Source: Mobula birostris
Taxonomy: Eukaryota
Length of the DNA: 64,000 nucleotides
Reading direction: 5' to 3'
Assembly (NCBI RefSeq): GCF_030028105.1
Contig: NC_092384.1
Location: forward strand, 4,011,665-4,075,664
The notes beneath the pieces are model-generated. The model saw only the letters and a list, made by a program, of their open reading frames with translations, was not told the origin of the DNA and ran no database searches. Shown in pieces: positions 26,491 through 39,242 of this stretch. The position numbers and the translations under genes were made by a program. Position 1 is the first letter of the stretch. Every line of letters starts with the position of its first letter.

Positions 26491-27408
26491 TGTGACGAAA
26501 GAGGGTTACAAAGAGTACACATAGATTAAGATGTTAACTGTCCTGTGCTGGCACCAGTGGGATCAGCAGTTGATCTGCAATCTGTCTTCAAGAGAAAGAG
26601 AGATAAGGAAGACAATGGAGCAGCATTTGGAAATGTTAATGAAGAGACAGGAGAGTTTAACGGAAGGAGACACGGTCTGAGAGCTGTCAAGATCGGCTCC
26701 TTTTTGAACCCTGAACCGTTTGAAGTGTGATGGACAGGTGATATCCCAGCAGGGGGATAAAAAGGGACAGGTTCGCTAAGGCGACACACACGACACCACG
26801 AGGTAACGAGACCTTGGAAGCGGTGCGCCTGCCACAAGTCGGTGGGAGTTTTGGAGGGGTGATCACGGGACCAAGCCATAGATGCACAGTGTGGAAAGGT
26901 ACGATCAGTGGGAACCTGGTGTGTGTCCACCCTTGCCTGGGTGCCAGGTTCACTGCAGAGGAACGATCGTATCTGAAACGGAGGGGTCACAGTCAGTGAC
27001 CTCAGAAGACATTACAAAGGGCTCGCCCGAAAGCTGACTGCGAGGAATATCGAAGGTCTGTGTGGAAGCCGTTTTGAATATTCATTTTCGATCTCTCTCT
27101 CCTGCCCCCCGCCCACCGGCACGGCAGGGATTACTGTGAACTGAACTGAACTCAATTGAACTGAACTTTGCGTCACTTTCAAACTGGTCATTTACCCCTA
27201 GACGACGATAGAGCTTGATTGATCCTGTTATCCTAATTCTGTGGACATGTGTGTTTATCATTCCTGAACTGTTGCATTTATTATTCTTTCGATCAGAGTA
27301 CTGTGTTGCTTATTTCTTTAATAAAACTTTCTTAGTTCCAGTAATCCAGACTCCAACTGAGTGATCCATTTCTGCTGGTTTGGCAACCCAGTTACGGGGT
27401 ACATAACA
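26491..27408 (+). repeat. 5' LTR of Gypsy element 2 (918 bp)
   Basis: TGTGACG...ACATAACA; colinear direct repeat of 30446-31380. Confidence 0.95.
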
Positions 27409-27412
27409 TAAG

Positions 27413-27431
27413 TGGAGTTCTCGTCCGCGAT
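27413..27431 (+). other. Degenerate tRNA-Pro-like PBS
   Basis: TGGAGTTCTCGTCCGCGAT, 4 nt after the LTR, compared with consensus TGGGGGCTCGTCCGGGAT. Confidence 0.6.
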
Positions 27432-27507
27432 TTTGAACGCTAAATTTGGGACGGAGTAAATTGATTGGGTTAAAATTCCCGAAAGAAAGAAAAGGCAAAC
27501 AGCAGAA

Positions 27508-28807
27508 ATGGAGATTGAGGAATTTCTAAAGGCGCCGACCTTGGAGGCATTAGAGGATGCCAGGAAAGCGGAATTGGCAGCTGTGGCCAAATGGTTGAAT
27601 CTTGTTAAGGGAAAGTCGACAATGAGGAGAGAGGAGATGCACAGAGCTATCGTAGAGCACTATGTATCGAAAGGTGTGTTTCCCCAAGGGGAGCTGGAGG
27701 TGATATCTATTGGAAAACCTAGTGGAGATGCAGTACAGGTGCAGCTTGAAAAACTGAGACTCGAGCACGAGTTCCGGGTACAGCAGCTAGAACATGAAGA
27801 GAAACAGAGGGAAAGGGAGTTCGAGCTGGAAAGGTTAAGGATGATGGCAGCGCAGGGGCCCATGCCGAACCAAGGTGGAGGGTTCAGGGCGACCCAGGAG
27901 GTTAGGCTGGGTCCCCCATTTGACGATACCGATGTGGATCGGTACTTTCTCCATTTCGAAAAAGTTGCTGCAAGTCAGGACTGGCCGAGGGATAAGTGGG
28001 CTGTTTTGCTTCAGAGTGTACTTAAAGGAAAAGCCCAACAAGCTTACTCAGCTTTGTCCGCGGAAGATGCCCAGAGGTATGAGGTGGTGAAAGAGGCCAT
28101 CCTCAGGATTTATGAGTTGGTCCCGGAGGCATACCGGCAGAGGTTCCGGAATGCGAGGAAGCACGTATTTAGAGTTTTCCCGTGAGATGCAGACATATTG
28201 TGAGCGTTGGTGTGCCACGAAGGGGGTGGATGGGGATTATGACAGACTGCTACAGCTGATCCTGATTGAGCAGTTTAAAGGTTGTGTCCCTGAAGGTATG
28301 AGACCCTACCTAGATGAGAAAGAGGCAGCCACATTAGCCGCAACTGCTAAGTTAGCGTATGAGTACGCGTTGACGCATAAAATGAAGTTTGCCCCGAGTA
28401 AAGGCTACCAGAAGGGTAGTCAGGACGGTGGGGAGAGTCCGCCGGAAAAGTCAGAAAGTAAGCCAGGGACTAGTGAGGGGGATAAGGTAGACCGGGAGCA
28501 GTCTGGTAGGAAGTCTCCTGGGGTCTTCTATTATAATTGTGGGAAAGTCAGACACTTTGCGTCCAGGTGCTTTGCCCCAAAGAAGGAGACGGGAAAAGAA
28601 AAAACGGCGATTTTGACTGGTGGTATTGAGCTGGTAAACGAACCGCTAGGAGGGGAAAAGTCTGCCAAAGTTCAGGAAGGGCGCAAGAGGTTTTATCTTG
28701 GCCGGATTGGTGTCAGTGAAGGAGGGGTTAAACCCAGTTCCAGTGCGAATCTGGAGAGACACGGGTGCGTGTCAGTCATTGATATTGAAGAGTGTATTAG
28801 AGTTTAG
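27508..28807 (+). pseudogene. Gag with SCAN-related capsid region and degenerate zinc knuckle (one frameshift near 28165)
   Basis: WAVLLQSVLKGKAQQAY...YELVPEAYRQRFR; LILIEQFKGCVP; YNCGKVRHFASRC. Confidence 0.85.
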
Positions 28808-30180
28808 CTCAGAGACCCAGACTGGGGAGGTCAGGGTCAAAGGTATTGGGGAAGGGACAGAGGCAGTCCTTTTGCACCATATACCCCTACAAAGCAACTT
28901 GGTCTCTGGACTAGTCACGATCGGGTTGAGGCCCGAATTACCGATGAAAGGCGTGGAAGTCGTTCTCGGTAATGACCTCGCCGGGGGAACTGTGTTCTCG
29001 ACAGTGAGCTTGACAGGTCAGCCTGCCAGCATTGAGGCCCCGCCCATGGACTCACAGGTTCATCCCGGGACTGCTGAAGTAAATTTAGCTGAGACGTTTC
29101 TGCCAGCCTTGTACAAGGAGGGGGTAGAAAGTGAAAAGAAGGAACGTAATGAAACAGGAGGAAGTGGGGAAATTAAGGTAGATTTATCAGTAGAAAAGAA
29201 GGACTTTATACAGGTACAGGAGCAAGATGAGGAAACTGCTCTCTCTGAAGCAGGATTAAAAAGAGAGCCAGTAGGCTGTTGTGTGGAGGAGGGTGCGCTA
29301 AGGAAGGAAGGGAGACCAAGTACCGCAGATAAAGAATGGGGGATGGTGCCAAAAATCTCTGGGGATGAGATTTTTAACCTGGCCCACAAGGTACCCCTCG
29401 GAGGACATCTTGAGGTGCTGAAGGAAACAGTCGGCGGAATCATGAAAGAGGTTTACTGGCTGCACAGGAGGAAGGATGTTATTGACTATGGCAGACGCGA
29501 ACTGAGACAGTCACAGGCTTTTGATATGCTAATGAACCTAGTCGGTGTTAGCACGGAAATCAATGAAACTAGAGTCCCCCTGATAAGAAAAAAAAGAACA
29601 TTTTGAAAAGATGAGTATGGTATCAACCAGATGGGAGAAGGCTATTGATTTGGCCCTCTCTGCTGATAAGGTCTCTCCCTTAATCCCCGAACAAAGCGAC
29701 TCTTTAGGAGAATTAATTAAACGGCTCGCACACGTGTGTTTGATTGTCCCGAGGCGATGCAAAGAACTGGGACGTTGGGTGGTGTTTGTCACACTAGGTC
29801 AGCCTAGTGAGCAACACTCCTATAGAACGAGTAATCCAGTGACGAAAGGGCTAACGAACATTGGCGATGTAATACGGCTGTCTGAAGCCAGCTTGATAGT
29901 GAACCTTGAAAAAAATGAGTTCGGCCACACGAAGGTCACTTATCTGGGAATTGTGGTAACACAGGGGCAGCTGGCAGCAATGCAAGCTAAGGTGCGGGCT
30001 ATCTCTGACATCCCAACCCCGACAGACAAGAGGGCCCTCAGAAGGCTCTTGGAGATGGTGGGGTACTGTAGGAAGTTTTGCAATAACTCTGTGGTTACTA
30101 CCCCTCCCCCTCCTACTAAGCCCTTGCGAGAGAAACCTAAGTCGGGATGGGACGACCCTTGTTATCGTGGTCCAGGATGA
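28698..30180 (+). pseudogene. Deleted pol: aspartic protease, integrase N-terminal fragment, RT C-terminal fragment
   Basis: IWRDTGACQSLI; LAHKVPLGGHL; KVTYLGIVV...RRLLEMVGYCRKF; no IN core, RT core or RNase H seen. Confidence 0.8.
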
Positions 30181-30433
30181 AACCCAATGAGAGGTTACAC
30201 TGATCGCAATTCATCAGTGTTTTCGGCCACTATGAAGTTTGCTAAATTGGAGCCTGGTTTAGGGGATTATTAATAACACATATAAAAGGAACAGAAAATG
30301 TGATTGCTGACTGTCGGTCAGGTGTTGACAACTTAAAATTCTCTGTATTAGCCAAATAGCCGATGAAGATGTATATTTGTGTGTATCTAATAATGTATTC
30401 ATGCTTATAATTTTTACCCCGGTAAAAATCCTT

Positions 30434-30445
30434 AAAGGTGAGGGG
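30434..30445 (+). other. Polypurine tract AAAGGTGAGGGG
   Basis: Abuts the TG start of the 3' LTR. Confidence 0.75.
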
Positions 30446-31380
30446 TGTAACGAAAGAGGGTTACAAAGAGTACACATAGATTAAGATGTTAACTGTCCTG
30501 TGCTGGCACCAGTAGGATCAGCAGTTGATCTGCCACCTGTCTTCAGGAGAAAGAGAGATAAGGAAGACAATGGAGCAGCATTTGGAAATGTTAATGAAGA
30601 GACGGGAGAGTTTAACGGAAGGAGACACAGTCTGAGAGCTGTCAAGATCGGCTCCTTTTTGAACCCTGAACTGTTTGAAGTGTGATGGACAGGTGATACC
30701 CCAGCAGGGGGATAAAAAGGGACAGGTTCGCTAAGGCGACACACACAACACCACGAGGTAACGAGACCCTGGAAGCGGTGCGTCTCCCACAAGTCGGTGG
30801 GAAGTTTTAGAAGGCTGGTCGCGGGACCAAGCCATAGACGCACAGGGTGGAAAGGTACGATCAGCGTGAACCTGGTGTGTGTCCGCCCTTGCCTGGGTGC
30901 CAGGTTCACTGCAGAGGAACAATCGTATCTGAAACGGAGGGGTCACAGTCGGTGACCTCAGAAGACATTACAAAGGGCTCGCCCGAAAGCTGACTGCGAG
31001 GAATATCGAAGGTCTGTGTGGAAGCCGTTCTGAATATTCATTTTTGCTCTCTCTCTCTCCTTCCCACCACCCCCCCCCCCCCGTCCACCGGCACGGCAGG
31101 GATTACTGTGAACTGTACTGAACTCAATTGAACTGAACTTTGCGTCACTTTCAAACTGGTCATTTACCCCTAGACGACGATAGAGCTTGATTGATCCTAT
31201 TATCCTAGTTCTGTGGACACGTGTGTTTATCATTACTGAACTGTTGCATTTATTATTCTTTCGATCAGAGTACTGTGTTGCTTATTTCTTTAATAAAACT
31301 TTCTTAGTTCCAGTAATCCAGACTCCAACTGAGTGATCCATTTCTGCTGGTTTGGCAACCCAGTTACGGGGTGCGTAACA
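30446..31380 (+). repeat. 3' LTR of Gypsy element 2 (935 bp)
   Basis: TGTAACG...GCGTAACA. Confidence 0.95.
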
Positions 31381-31676
31381 CTGCAAACACATGATCTCCA
31401 TTTAACTAATTTTGTGACTTGTAAAACCAATTGGCGTGTCATATTAAAGTGGGGTGAATACTTATGTAATCAATTATTTTGTGTTTTATATCTGCAATTA
31501 ATTTAGATCACTTTGTAGAGATTGGTTTTCACTTTGACGCAAAAAAGTCTTTTTCTGTTGATCAGTGTTAAAAAACCAAATTAAATCAACTATGATTCAA
31601 TGTTGTAAAACAATAAAATATGAAAAGAACATAAGAACATAACTTCCAAGGGGGTGAATGCTTTTTATAGGCACTA
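31381..31676 (-). mobile_element. Tc1 5' end with terminal inverted repeat
   Basis: Minus strand begins tagtgcctataaaaagcattcacccccttggaagtt, a typical Tc1 CAGTGCC...AAAAGTATTCA terminus; colinear with 26310-26490. Confidence 0.75.
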
Positions 31677-31714
31677 TTCTTTTTTAGGTAGATCTGTATT
31701 CCTGCTTGTTAATG

Positions 31715-32222
31715 GAAATATCTAATCAGCCAATCATGTGGAAACACTTCGATGCCTAGAAGCATGCAGACAAGGTTCAGTTGTTCTTCAGACCAAACAT
31801 CAGAATGGTAAAGAAATGTGATCTAAGTGACTCTGGCATTGGAATGATTGCTGGTGCCTGATGGGATGGTTTAAATATTCCATAAACTGCTGATCTCCTG
31901 GGATTTTCACGGACAACCATCTCTCGAGTTAACAGAGAATGGTGTGAAAGCATCTAGTGAGTGGCAGTTCTGTGGGAGAAAGTGTCTTGTTAATGACAGA
32001 GGTCAGAGGAGAATGGCCAGACTGGTTCAATCTGACCGGAAGGTGACAGTAACTCAAATAACTACGTTTTGCAACAGCGGTGTGCAGAAGAACATCTCTG
32101 AATGTGCAACATGTCGAACCTTGAAGTGAATGGGATGCAACCCCAGGAGAGCATGAACATACGCTCTCTGGTACTTTATTACGTAGGTAGAGGAAGTACC
32201 TAATAGAGTGGCCATGGAATGT
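31715..32222 (+). mobile_element. Internally deleted Tc1-like transposon
   Basis: MVKKCDLSD...LLGFSRTTISRV; CGRKCLVNDRGQRRMARLVQSDRK; ends gtacctaatagagtggcca..gaatgta (TIR with TA). Confidence 0.8.
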
Positions 32223-32594
32223 AAACAAAGTCAATGCAAGCAGGCTTTTTCACTGAAGTCGGGTGAGACTAGAATTCACAGGTTAAGGGTGAAAGGTGAA
32301 GTATGTAATGGGAACATGAGGGGGATCTTCTTCACATGGAGGGCAGTGAGAGCTTAGAACGAGCTGCGTCCAAGGCAGGTCATCTGATATGGTAATACCC
32401 ATGAATTTACAGTTGCTGACCCTCTCCACTGCAATCCTCCATTGTAGACCGGTGTATGCTCACCATCCTTCCCCTTCCTCAAGTCAGCAATCAGCTATCT
32501 GGTTTTGCTGACACTGGGTGGGAGGCTGTTGTTGAAGCACTATTCGAGCAGGCCCTGTCTTTCTCCAGTAAGCTGACTCCCGAGAGAACAATGT

Positions 32595-35555
32595 ACAAAG
32601 TTCAAAGGAAAATTTATTATCAGAGTACATACACGTCACCGCATAAAACACTGAGATTCTTTTTCTGTGGGCATACTTAGCAAATCTATAGTACAGTAAC
32701 TGTAAACATCAGGAACTGTAATCTTTAAACAAACTGTGCAAATGCAGATGTAAATAGATAGCAAATAATAATGAGCATGAAAGAACAATATAACAGTCCT
32801 TAAATGAGCCTAGCTATCGCCTTTTATTCAAGAGCATGATGGCTGAGGGGTAGTAACTATTTTTAAACCTGGTAGTGTGAATCCTGAGGCACTTGCACCT
32901 TCTACCTAATGGCAGCAGTGAGAAAAGAGCATGGCCTGGGTGGTGAGATCTTTGATGATGGATGCTGCTTTTCTACGCAACATTTCATGTAGATGTGCTC
33001 AATAGTTGGAAGGGTTTTACCTGTGATGTACTGGGCCGAATTCACGACCTTTCGGAGGATTTTCCACTCAAAGGCATTGGTGTTCCATACCAAGCCATAA
33101 TGTCTGCACACTTTCCACCACACATCTATAGAAGTTTGTCAAGGTTTTCAATGACACGCTGAACCTTTGCAGACTCCTGAGGACCTAAAGGTATTGTTAT
33201 GCTTTCTTCACAATAATATTTATAGTATATGATGGGCCCAGATCGGGTTCTCTGCGATGGTGACACCCAGGAACTGGAAGTTACTGACCCTCTTCACCTC
33301 TGCTCCTCTGATGATCACTGGCTCATGGACCTCCTGGTTTCCTTCTCCTAAAGTCTACAATTGTTTCCTTGGTCTTGCTGACATTGAGTGAGAGGTTGTA
33401 ATTATGACACCCCTCAGCCTAATTTTCAATCTCCTGTCAGCAAACTTGGATATGGTGTTGGAGCTGAACTTAGCCACACAGTCGTAGGTGTAAACTGAGC
33501 AGAGCAGGGGGCTACGTACACATCCCTGTGGTGCTCCTGTGCTGATGGAGATTGTGGAGGAGATGTTTTTGCCAATCCGAACTGAATGGGGTCAGCAAGT
33601 GAGGAAATCCAGGATCCAATTGTGCAAGGGGATTTTGACACACAGTTCTTGGAGGTACTGGTCAGTTTTGAGGGGAAGATGGTATTAAATGCTGAGCTGT
33701 AATTGATAGAGAGCATCCTGATGTATGCATCTTTGCTGTCCAGATGATCCAAGGTTATGTGAAGAGACAATGAACTAGCATCTGCTGTAGACCTGTTACT
33801 TCGGTAGGCAAATTGGACTGGATCCAAGTCACCATTTAGACAAGAGCTGATATGCTTCAACACCAGCCTTTCAAAACACTTCACTGTGGATGTAAGTGCC
33901 ACTTGGCAAGAGGTTATCACACTCTTCATGGGCATCGGTATGATTGAAGCAGGTGGGTACCACACACTGCTGATGAAAAGGTTGAAGATATCTGTGAATA
34001 CACCAGCCAGTTTGTCAGCACAGGTCTTCAGTGCTCAGCCAGGGACTTTGTCTGGACCAGATGGTTTCCTTGAATTCACTCTCTTGAAGGTAGCCCACAC
34101 ATCATCTTCAGATACCGACACCAAAGGATTATCAGGAGACGTAGGGATGCGCAATGGTTCTACTCCGTTCTGGTGGTCAAAGTGAGCATAGAAGGCATTG
34201 AGCTCATCTGGAAGTGAAGCTCTGCTGTCCCCTATGTTGTAACATTTAGCTTTGCAAGTGGTTATGGCATTCCAACATGGCCACAGCTGTTGAACATCCC
34301 TCATTGATTCCTGTCTAGTCCAGAATCTCCACTTTACCCTTCAGATGGCTTTCTGGAGATCATACCTGTACAACTTGTAGCATTCTTGATCTCCAGACTG
34401 AAATACCTGTGATCTGGCTCTCAGTAGATTCCAGATTTCATTGTTCATCCAAGGCTTCAGATTGAGGAAAACCCTGAATGATTTCATGGGGACACTCTCA
34501 TCCACAGCTGTTTTAATAAAGTCTGTGAGAACCCTGGTGCAGTCCTTCAAATACTCAGATGAGTTCTCGAACACAACCCAATCCACCAATTCGAGGGAAT
34601 CCTGTAACTGGTCCTCAGCCTCCTGCGACCATCTCTTGGTTGACTTGCTCTCTGGAGGCTTTCTCTTTAGGGTTTGTCTGTATGCAGGGAGCAGGAGTAC
34701 AGCCAAATGATCTGACTTGCCAAAATATGGTCACAGGAAGGTACAACAGCCATTCCTTATCATAGTGTAGCAGTGGTGTAGTCTGTTGGGACCTCTGATG
34801 CAACACGTTATGTGCTGGTGATAATTGAACAGGGTTTTTTTCAAACAAGCCTGGCTAAAGTTGCTGACTATAATTTAAAATGCATCGGGATGGGCCATTT
34901 CTTGTTTAAGACAGCATTGTGCAGTTTTGCAAGTGCTTGCTTATAATCAGCCGCTGGTGGTATGTTACCTGCGGTCAGGGTCACAAATCAGAACCCCTGA
35001 GGCAAGTAGAATGGTCTACATTTAATTGTGAGTCATTCTAAGTCAGGAGAACAAGAACTCAACATAACCCCACATCTGTGCAACAAAAGCAATTGATGAA
35101 AAAGCATACGAACCAGAATTTGAGGTTCGATCCATTCTGAAAGTAGTAAAACCTTCTGGTCGGACAGCTATGTACGACGCGTTCACTGTTAACCAAGTCT
35201 CAATGCAACAGACAATTGAGATCTGCCTCATCTGTCTCTGATACAGCAGCCTTGCCCTGAGATCGTCGATCTTATTTTCAAGTGACTGTACATTCACTGA
35301 CAGAATGATGGTTAGAGGAAACCTCATCCCCCGCACTTCAGCCTGGTTGAATTCCGCTTCTCCTGGCACGTTTTCGGTCACGGCCGTGGTGTTGACATTT
35401 AAAGGTGCTGTGCTTAGCTGCTCTGCATTTAATGGCCGAGCGTGAGATCTGAAGATCACTGATGTAATTTCGTAGTCCATAGTGAAGCATAGATTTACGT
35501 GCTGCAGATTGCAGCAAAAATAGTTCAAAAAGAGTAATTTAAGAGGAAAACTGGA
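32595..35555 (-). mobile_element. Rex1/Babar-type LINE, near full length and degenerate (APE + RT)
   Basis: VNVQSLENKIDDLR...CCIETWL (APE); AVLLLPAYRQ; KCFERLVL...DPVQFAYRSNRST...INYSSAFNTI (RT). Confidence 0.85.
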
Positions 35556-36249
35556 ACAAATTCCTGCAGCCCTCTTTCATCTTTCCATCTGTAAAAGTTT
35601 TTTACTGAGGATTTTTGATCAGTGAATCATTGTGGATATTCAGATGTGTCCCACATTCCGTATCAAACACAGGATAGACTCTTTCATATCCCTTACCATG
35701 GTTTGCAAACGTTGATAGCCTGTCCAATCTGTCATGTACCTAACTCATCCTTTGTTGAGCCAGTATGATCTACAGCGAGCTGGGACCTTGTCATATTGGG
35801 AGAACCCATTTGTGCAGCGTATGCTTCTCCTGAAAATCTGTGTTCTACAACAGCCTCCACGTTATGAGCTGTTTCATGCCTATGAGGACCTGACTTTTTT
35901 ATTGCTCTTTTTTCTCCTTTGATTCTCCTTAACAGTTGGAATGGTGAGGAAGATTTTGCTTCTGGAAGCCTGCTGCAACAAAGCCAGAAACTTACATGTG
36001 CAGTTAGAGTCCAGAGAGAAAAGAAACAATTGGTAGTCACAGTCACTTATCATCCTCCTCCAACAAATGTAATGAGATCCCTTGTGGGGAGAAAGACTGA
36101 TGTGGTTCACCTTATCTTCCTCCCTCTTCTGCTCTGGACTAATATCCATCCAACCTTCCCCCCCCCCCCAAACCCCAGCCACTAAATTTCAGTTCAACTG
36201 AAATTGTTCACCTCAGTAAGGGATAGGTTTGCCTTAACATCAAAAAAAC

Positions 36250-36345
36250 TGCAGATGCTGGAAATGGACATTTAAAATAGCAACAGAATGCTGGAAACAC
36301 TCAATATATCAGACAGCCTCTACGGGAAGAGAAACAGAGTTAGCC
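36250..36345 (-). mobile_element. Penelope terminal-repeat fragment
   Basis: actgcagatgctgg...aatgctggaaacactca resembles 870-945 and 10290-10370. Confidence 0.55.
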
Positions 36346-36364
36346 TAAAAACATACTTTCTGCT

Positions 36365-38530
36365 TGATAGGCACTCCATTCACTCACTCCACCACTGTCC
36401 ATCTACAGATGCACTGCAGCAACTCCCCCAGACTCCTTATACAGCACCTTCCAAACCCACCACCTCTACCAGCTGGAAGGACAAGGGCAGCAAAGCACAG
36501 GGAACACCTCCGGCTGGAAGTTGTTCTCCAAGTCACACACCATCCTGGCATGGAAATATATAACCGTTCTTTCATAGGAACGTAGAAACATAGGAAACCT
36601 ATAGCCCAATACAGGCCCTTTGGCCTCCAATGCTGTGACAAACATATACTTACTTTAGAAATTACCTTGAGTTACCCAGAGCCCTCTATTTTTCTAAGAT
36701 CCATGTACCTATCCAGGAGTCTCTTAAAAGATCCTTTTGTATCCACCTCCACAACCATCGCCAGTAGCTCATTCTATGCACTCACCACTCTCTGCGTTAA
36801 AAAAAACTTACCTCTAACAGGCAATATGTTAGGCTTATCTACAAATTGTGTCAGGAAACCTTCCTGAACACACCAAACAAACTTCACCCCATCTAAACCC
36901 CTCACTCTAGGGAGATGCCAATCAATATTGGGGAAATTAAAATCCCCCATTATGACAACCCTGTTATTACTGCACCATTCCAGATACTGCTTCCCTATCT
37001 GCTCCTTGATGACCCTGTTGCTATTGGGTGGTCTATAAAAAACACCCAGTAGAGTTATTGAACCCTTCCTGTTTCTAACTTCCACCCACAGAGACTCAGT
37101 AAACAATCCCTCCGTGACTTACTCCTTTTCTGCAGCCGTGACACTATCTCTGATCAACAGTGCCATGCCCCACCTCTTTTGCTTTCCCCCATGTCCTTTC
37201 TGAAACATCTAAAGCCTGGCACTCTAAGGAAACATTCCTGCCCTTGTACCATCCAAGTCCCTGGAATGGCCACAACATCATAACTCCAAGTACTGATCCA
37301 CGCTCTAAGCTCATCCGCTTTGTTCATGATACTCCTTGCGTTAAAATAGACACATCTTAAAACATCAGTCTGACAGCATCCCTTCTCTATCACCTGCCTA
37401 TCCTCCCTCTCGCACTGCCTACAAGCTTTCTCTATTTGTGAGCCAACAGCTCCTTCCCCCGTCTCTTCAGTTCAGTTCCCACCCCCTAGCAATTCTAGTT
37501 TAAACTCTCCCCAGTACCCTTAGCAAATCTCCACACCAGGATATTGATCTCCATCGGATTCAAGTGCAATCCCTCCTTTTTGTACAGGTCACGCCTACCC
37601 CAAAAGAGGTCCCTATGATCCAGAAATCTGAATCCATGCCCCCGTTGTAATCTCTCAGCCACGCATTTATCCTCCATATCACTCTATTCCGATACTCACT
37701 GTCACGTGGCACAGGCAGTAATCCCGAGATTGCTACCTTTAAGGTTCTGCTTCGCAACTTCCTTCCTAACTCCCTGTATTCTGTTTTGAGGACCTCCTCC
37801 TTTTTCCTACCTATGTCGCTGGTGCCAATATGTTCCACGACCCCTGGCTGTTCACATTCCCACTGCAGGATATCATGGGCGTGATCAGAAACATCCCGGA
37901 CCCTGGCTCCTGGAGGCAAACTACCATCCGAGTTTCTTTCCTGCATCCACAGAATTGCCTGTCTGATCCCCTAACTAAAGAGTTCCCTCTCACTGCTGCC
38001 TTCTTCCTTTCCCTACCCTACTGAGCCACAGGACCAGACTCTGTGCCAGAGGCACAGCCACTGTTGCTTCCCCCAGGTAGATTGTTTCCCCCAACAGTAC
38101 TCAAACAGGAGTACTTATTGTTAAGGGGGACAGCTACAAAGGTACTCTCTAGTATCTGACTCTTGCCCTTCCTGAACACACCAAACAAACGTCACCCCAT
38201 CTAAACCCCTCACTCTAGGGAGATGCCAATCAATATTGGGGAAATTAAAATCCCCCATCACGACAACCCTGTTATTACTGCACCATTCCAGATACTGCTT
38301 CCCTATCTGCTCCTTGATGACGCTGTTGCTATTGGGTGGTCCATAAAAAACACCCAGTAGAGTCTCCCAAGACCCTGGTGTTCATCTCTCATCTCTGCTG
38401 GGTCAACACCCTGGACCTCTCTCCCTAACAGCACTGTGGGTCTACCAACACCTGTAGGGCTGCAGTGGTTCAAGAAGGTGGCTCACCACTGCCTTCTCAA
38501 GGGCAGCTTGCACTGGGCAATTGAATACTG
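36365..38530 (+). mobile_element. 3' end of another LINE (36365-36574 and 38390-38530), split by a CR1-A insertion
   Basis: MHCSNSPRLL.QHLPNP...YNRSF continues as ..GST.WTSLPNSTVG..LQWFKKVAHH.LLKG. Confidence 0.65.
36575..38362 (-). mobile_element. Rearranged CR1 family A (RT deleted, 196-bp APE segment duplicated at the 5' end)
   Basis: Tail at 36575-36810 joins directly to APE sequence; 36859-37054 is repeated at 38167-38362; esterase ORF remnants at 37560-37993. Confidence 0.85.
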
Positions 38531-38929
38531 CCTCAGTTTGAAGATAAAGATTAGATTAGCTATATTTGTCAATGTACATCAAAGTACTGAAACATGCAAT
38601 GAAAAGTATTATTTGCATCAAAGATCAACGCAGTCCAAGATGTTCTGTGGACGTCCCATGAGTCTCCATGCTTCCGGTGCCAACAATGTACTAACCTTCA
38701 TTCATATGTCTTTGGAATAAAGGAGCACCCAGAGGAAATGGGGAGCCTGTTGAAAACTCTAGACAGACAGCAGTGCGATCTTACAACTGCTGCTAACTAT
38801 TACACCAACCTCTATGATGCCACGGCCCAAATCCCTTGATGGAATATGAAAAAAAATCAAAGGGGCTTAGTGAGAACTGTGTGTCTTAAGTGAGTTCAGC
38901 TACTAAAACTCTACCTCATAGACATACTA

Positions 38930-39242
38930 TGGTGGTGCTTGAAGGTTTATGGCGGGGAGAGTTTCTCCCTTCTGCCGCCTGCGTGAGATGATGATGAGTC
39001 TATCAGGACTTTGAGACTCTTTTCACCGTGCCCGTGATCTGCTCTTTATCAAATCACAGTATTGCTTTGCACTGTTGTAACTATATGTTATAATTATGTG
39101 GTTTTGTCAGTTTTAGTCAGAGTTTGTCCTGTGTTTGTTTGTGATATCATTCTGGAGGAACGTTGTATCATTTTTAATGCATGCATTTCTAAATGACAAT
39201 AAACGAGGACTGAGTGTCCTCATAATTTAATAATCTAATCTA
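38930..39242 (+). mobile_element. Second copy of the unclassified AATCT-tailed retroposon
   Basis: Aligns with 1310-1614; tail cataatttaataatctaatcta. Confidence 0.7.

Larger units (their letters stand above)
26491..31380 (+). mobile_element. Gmr1-type Ty3/Gypsy element 2, internally deleted, with a perfect 4-bp TSD CTGC
   Basis: LTRs 26491-27408 and 30446-31380; CTGC at 26487-26490 and 31381-31384; gag, RDTGA protease, integrase HH remnant, then RT-thumb remnant. Confidence 0.95.

Noticed and set aside
35919-36185. Ig-like exon (LTCAV...VVTVTYHPP)
   Set aside because: Only one Cys, no strand-C Trp at the right spacing and no clear in-frame donor; kept only as an unexplained island
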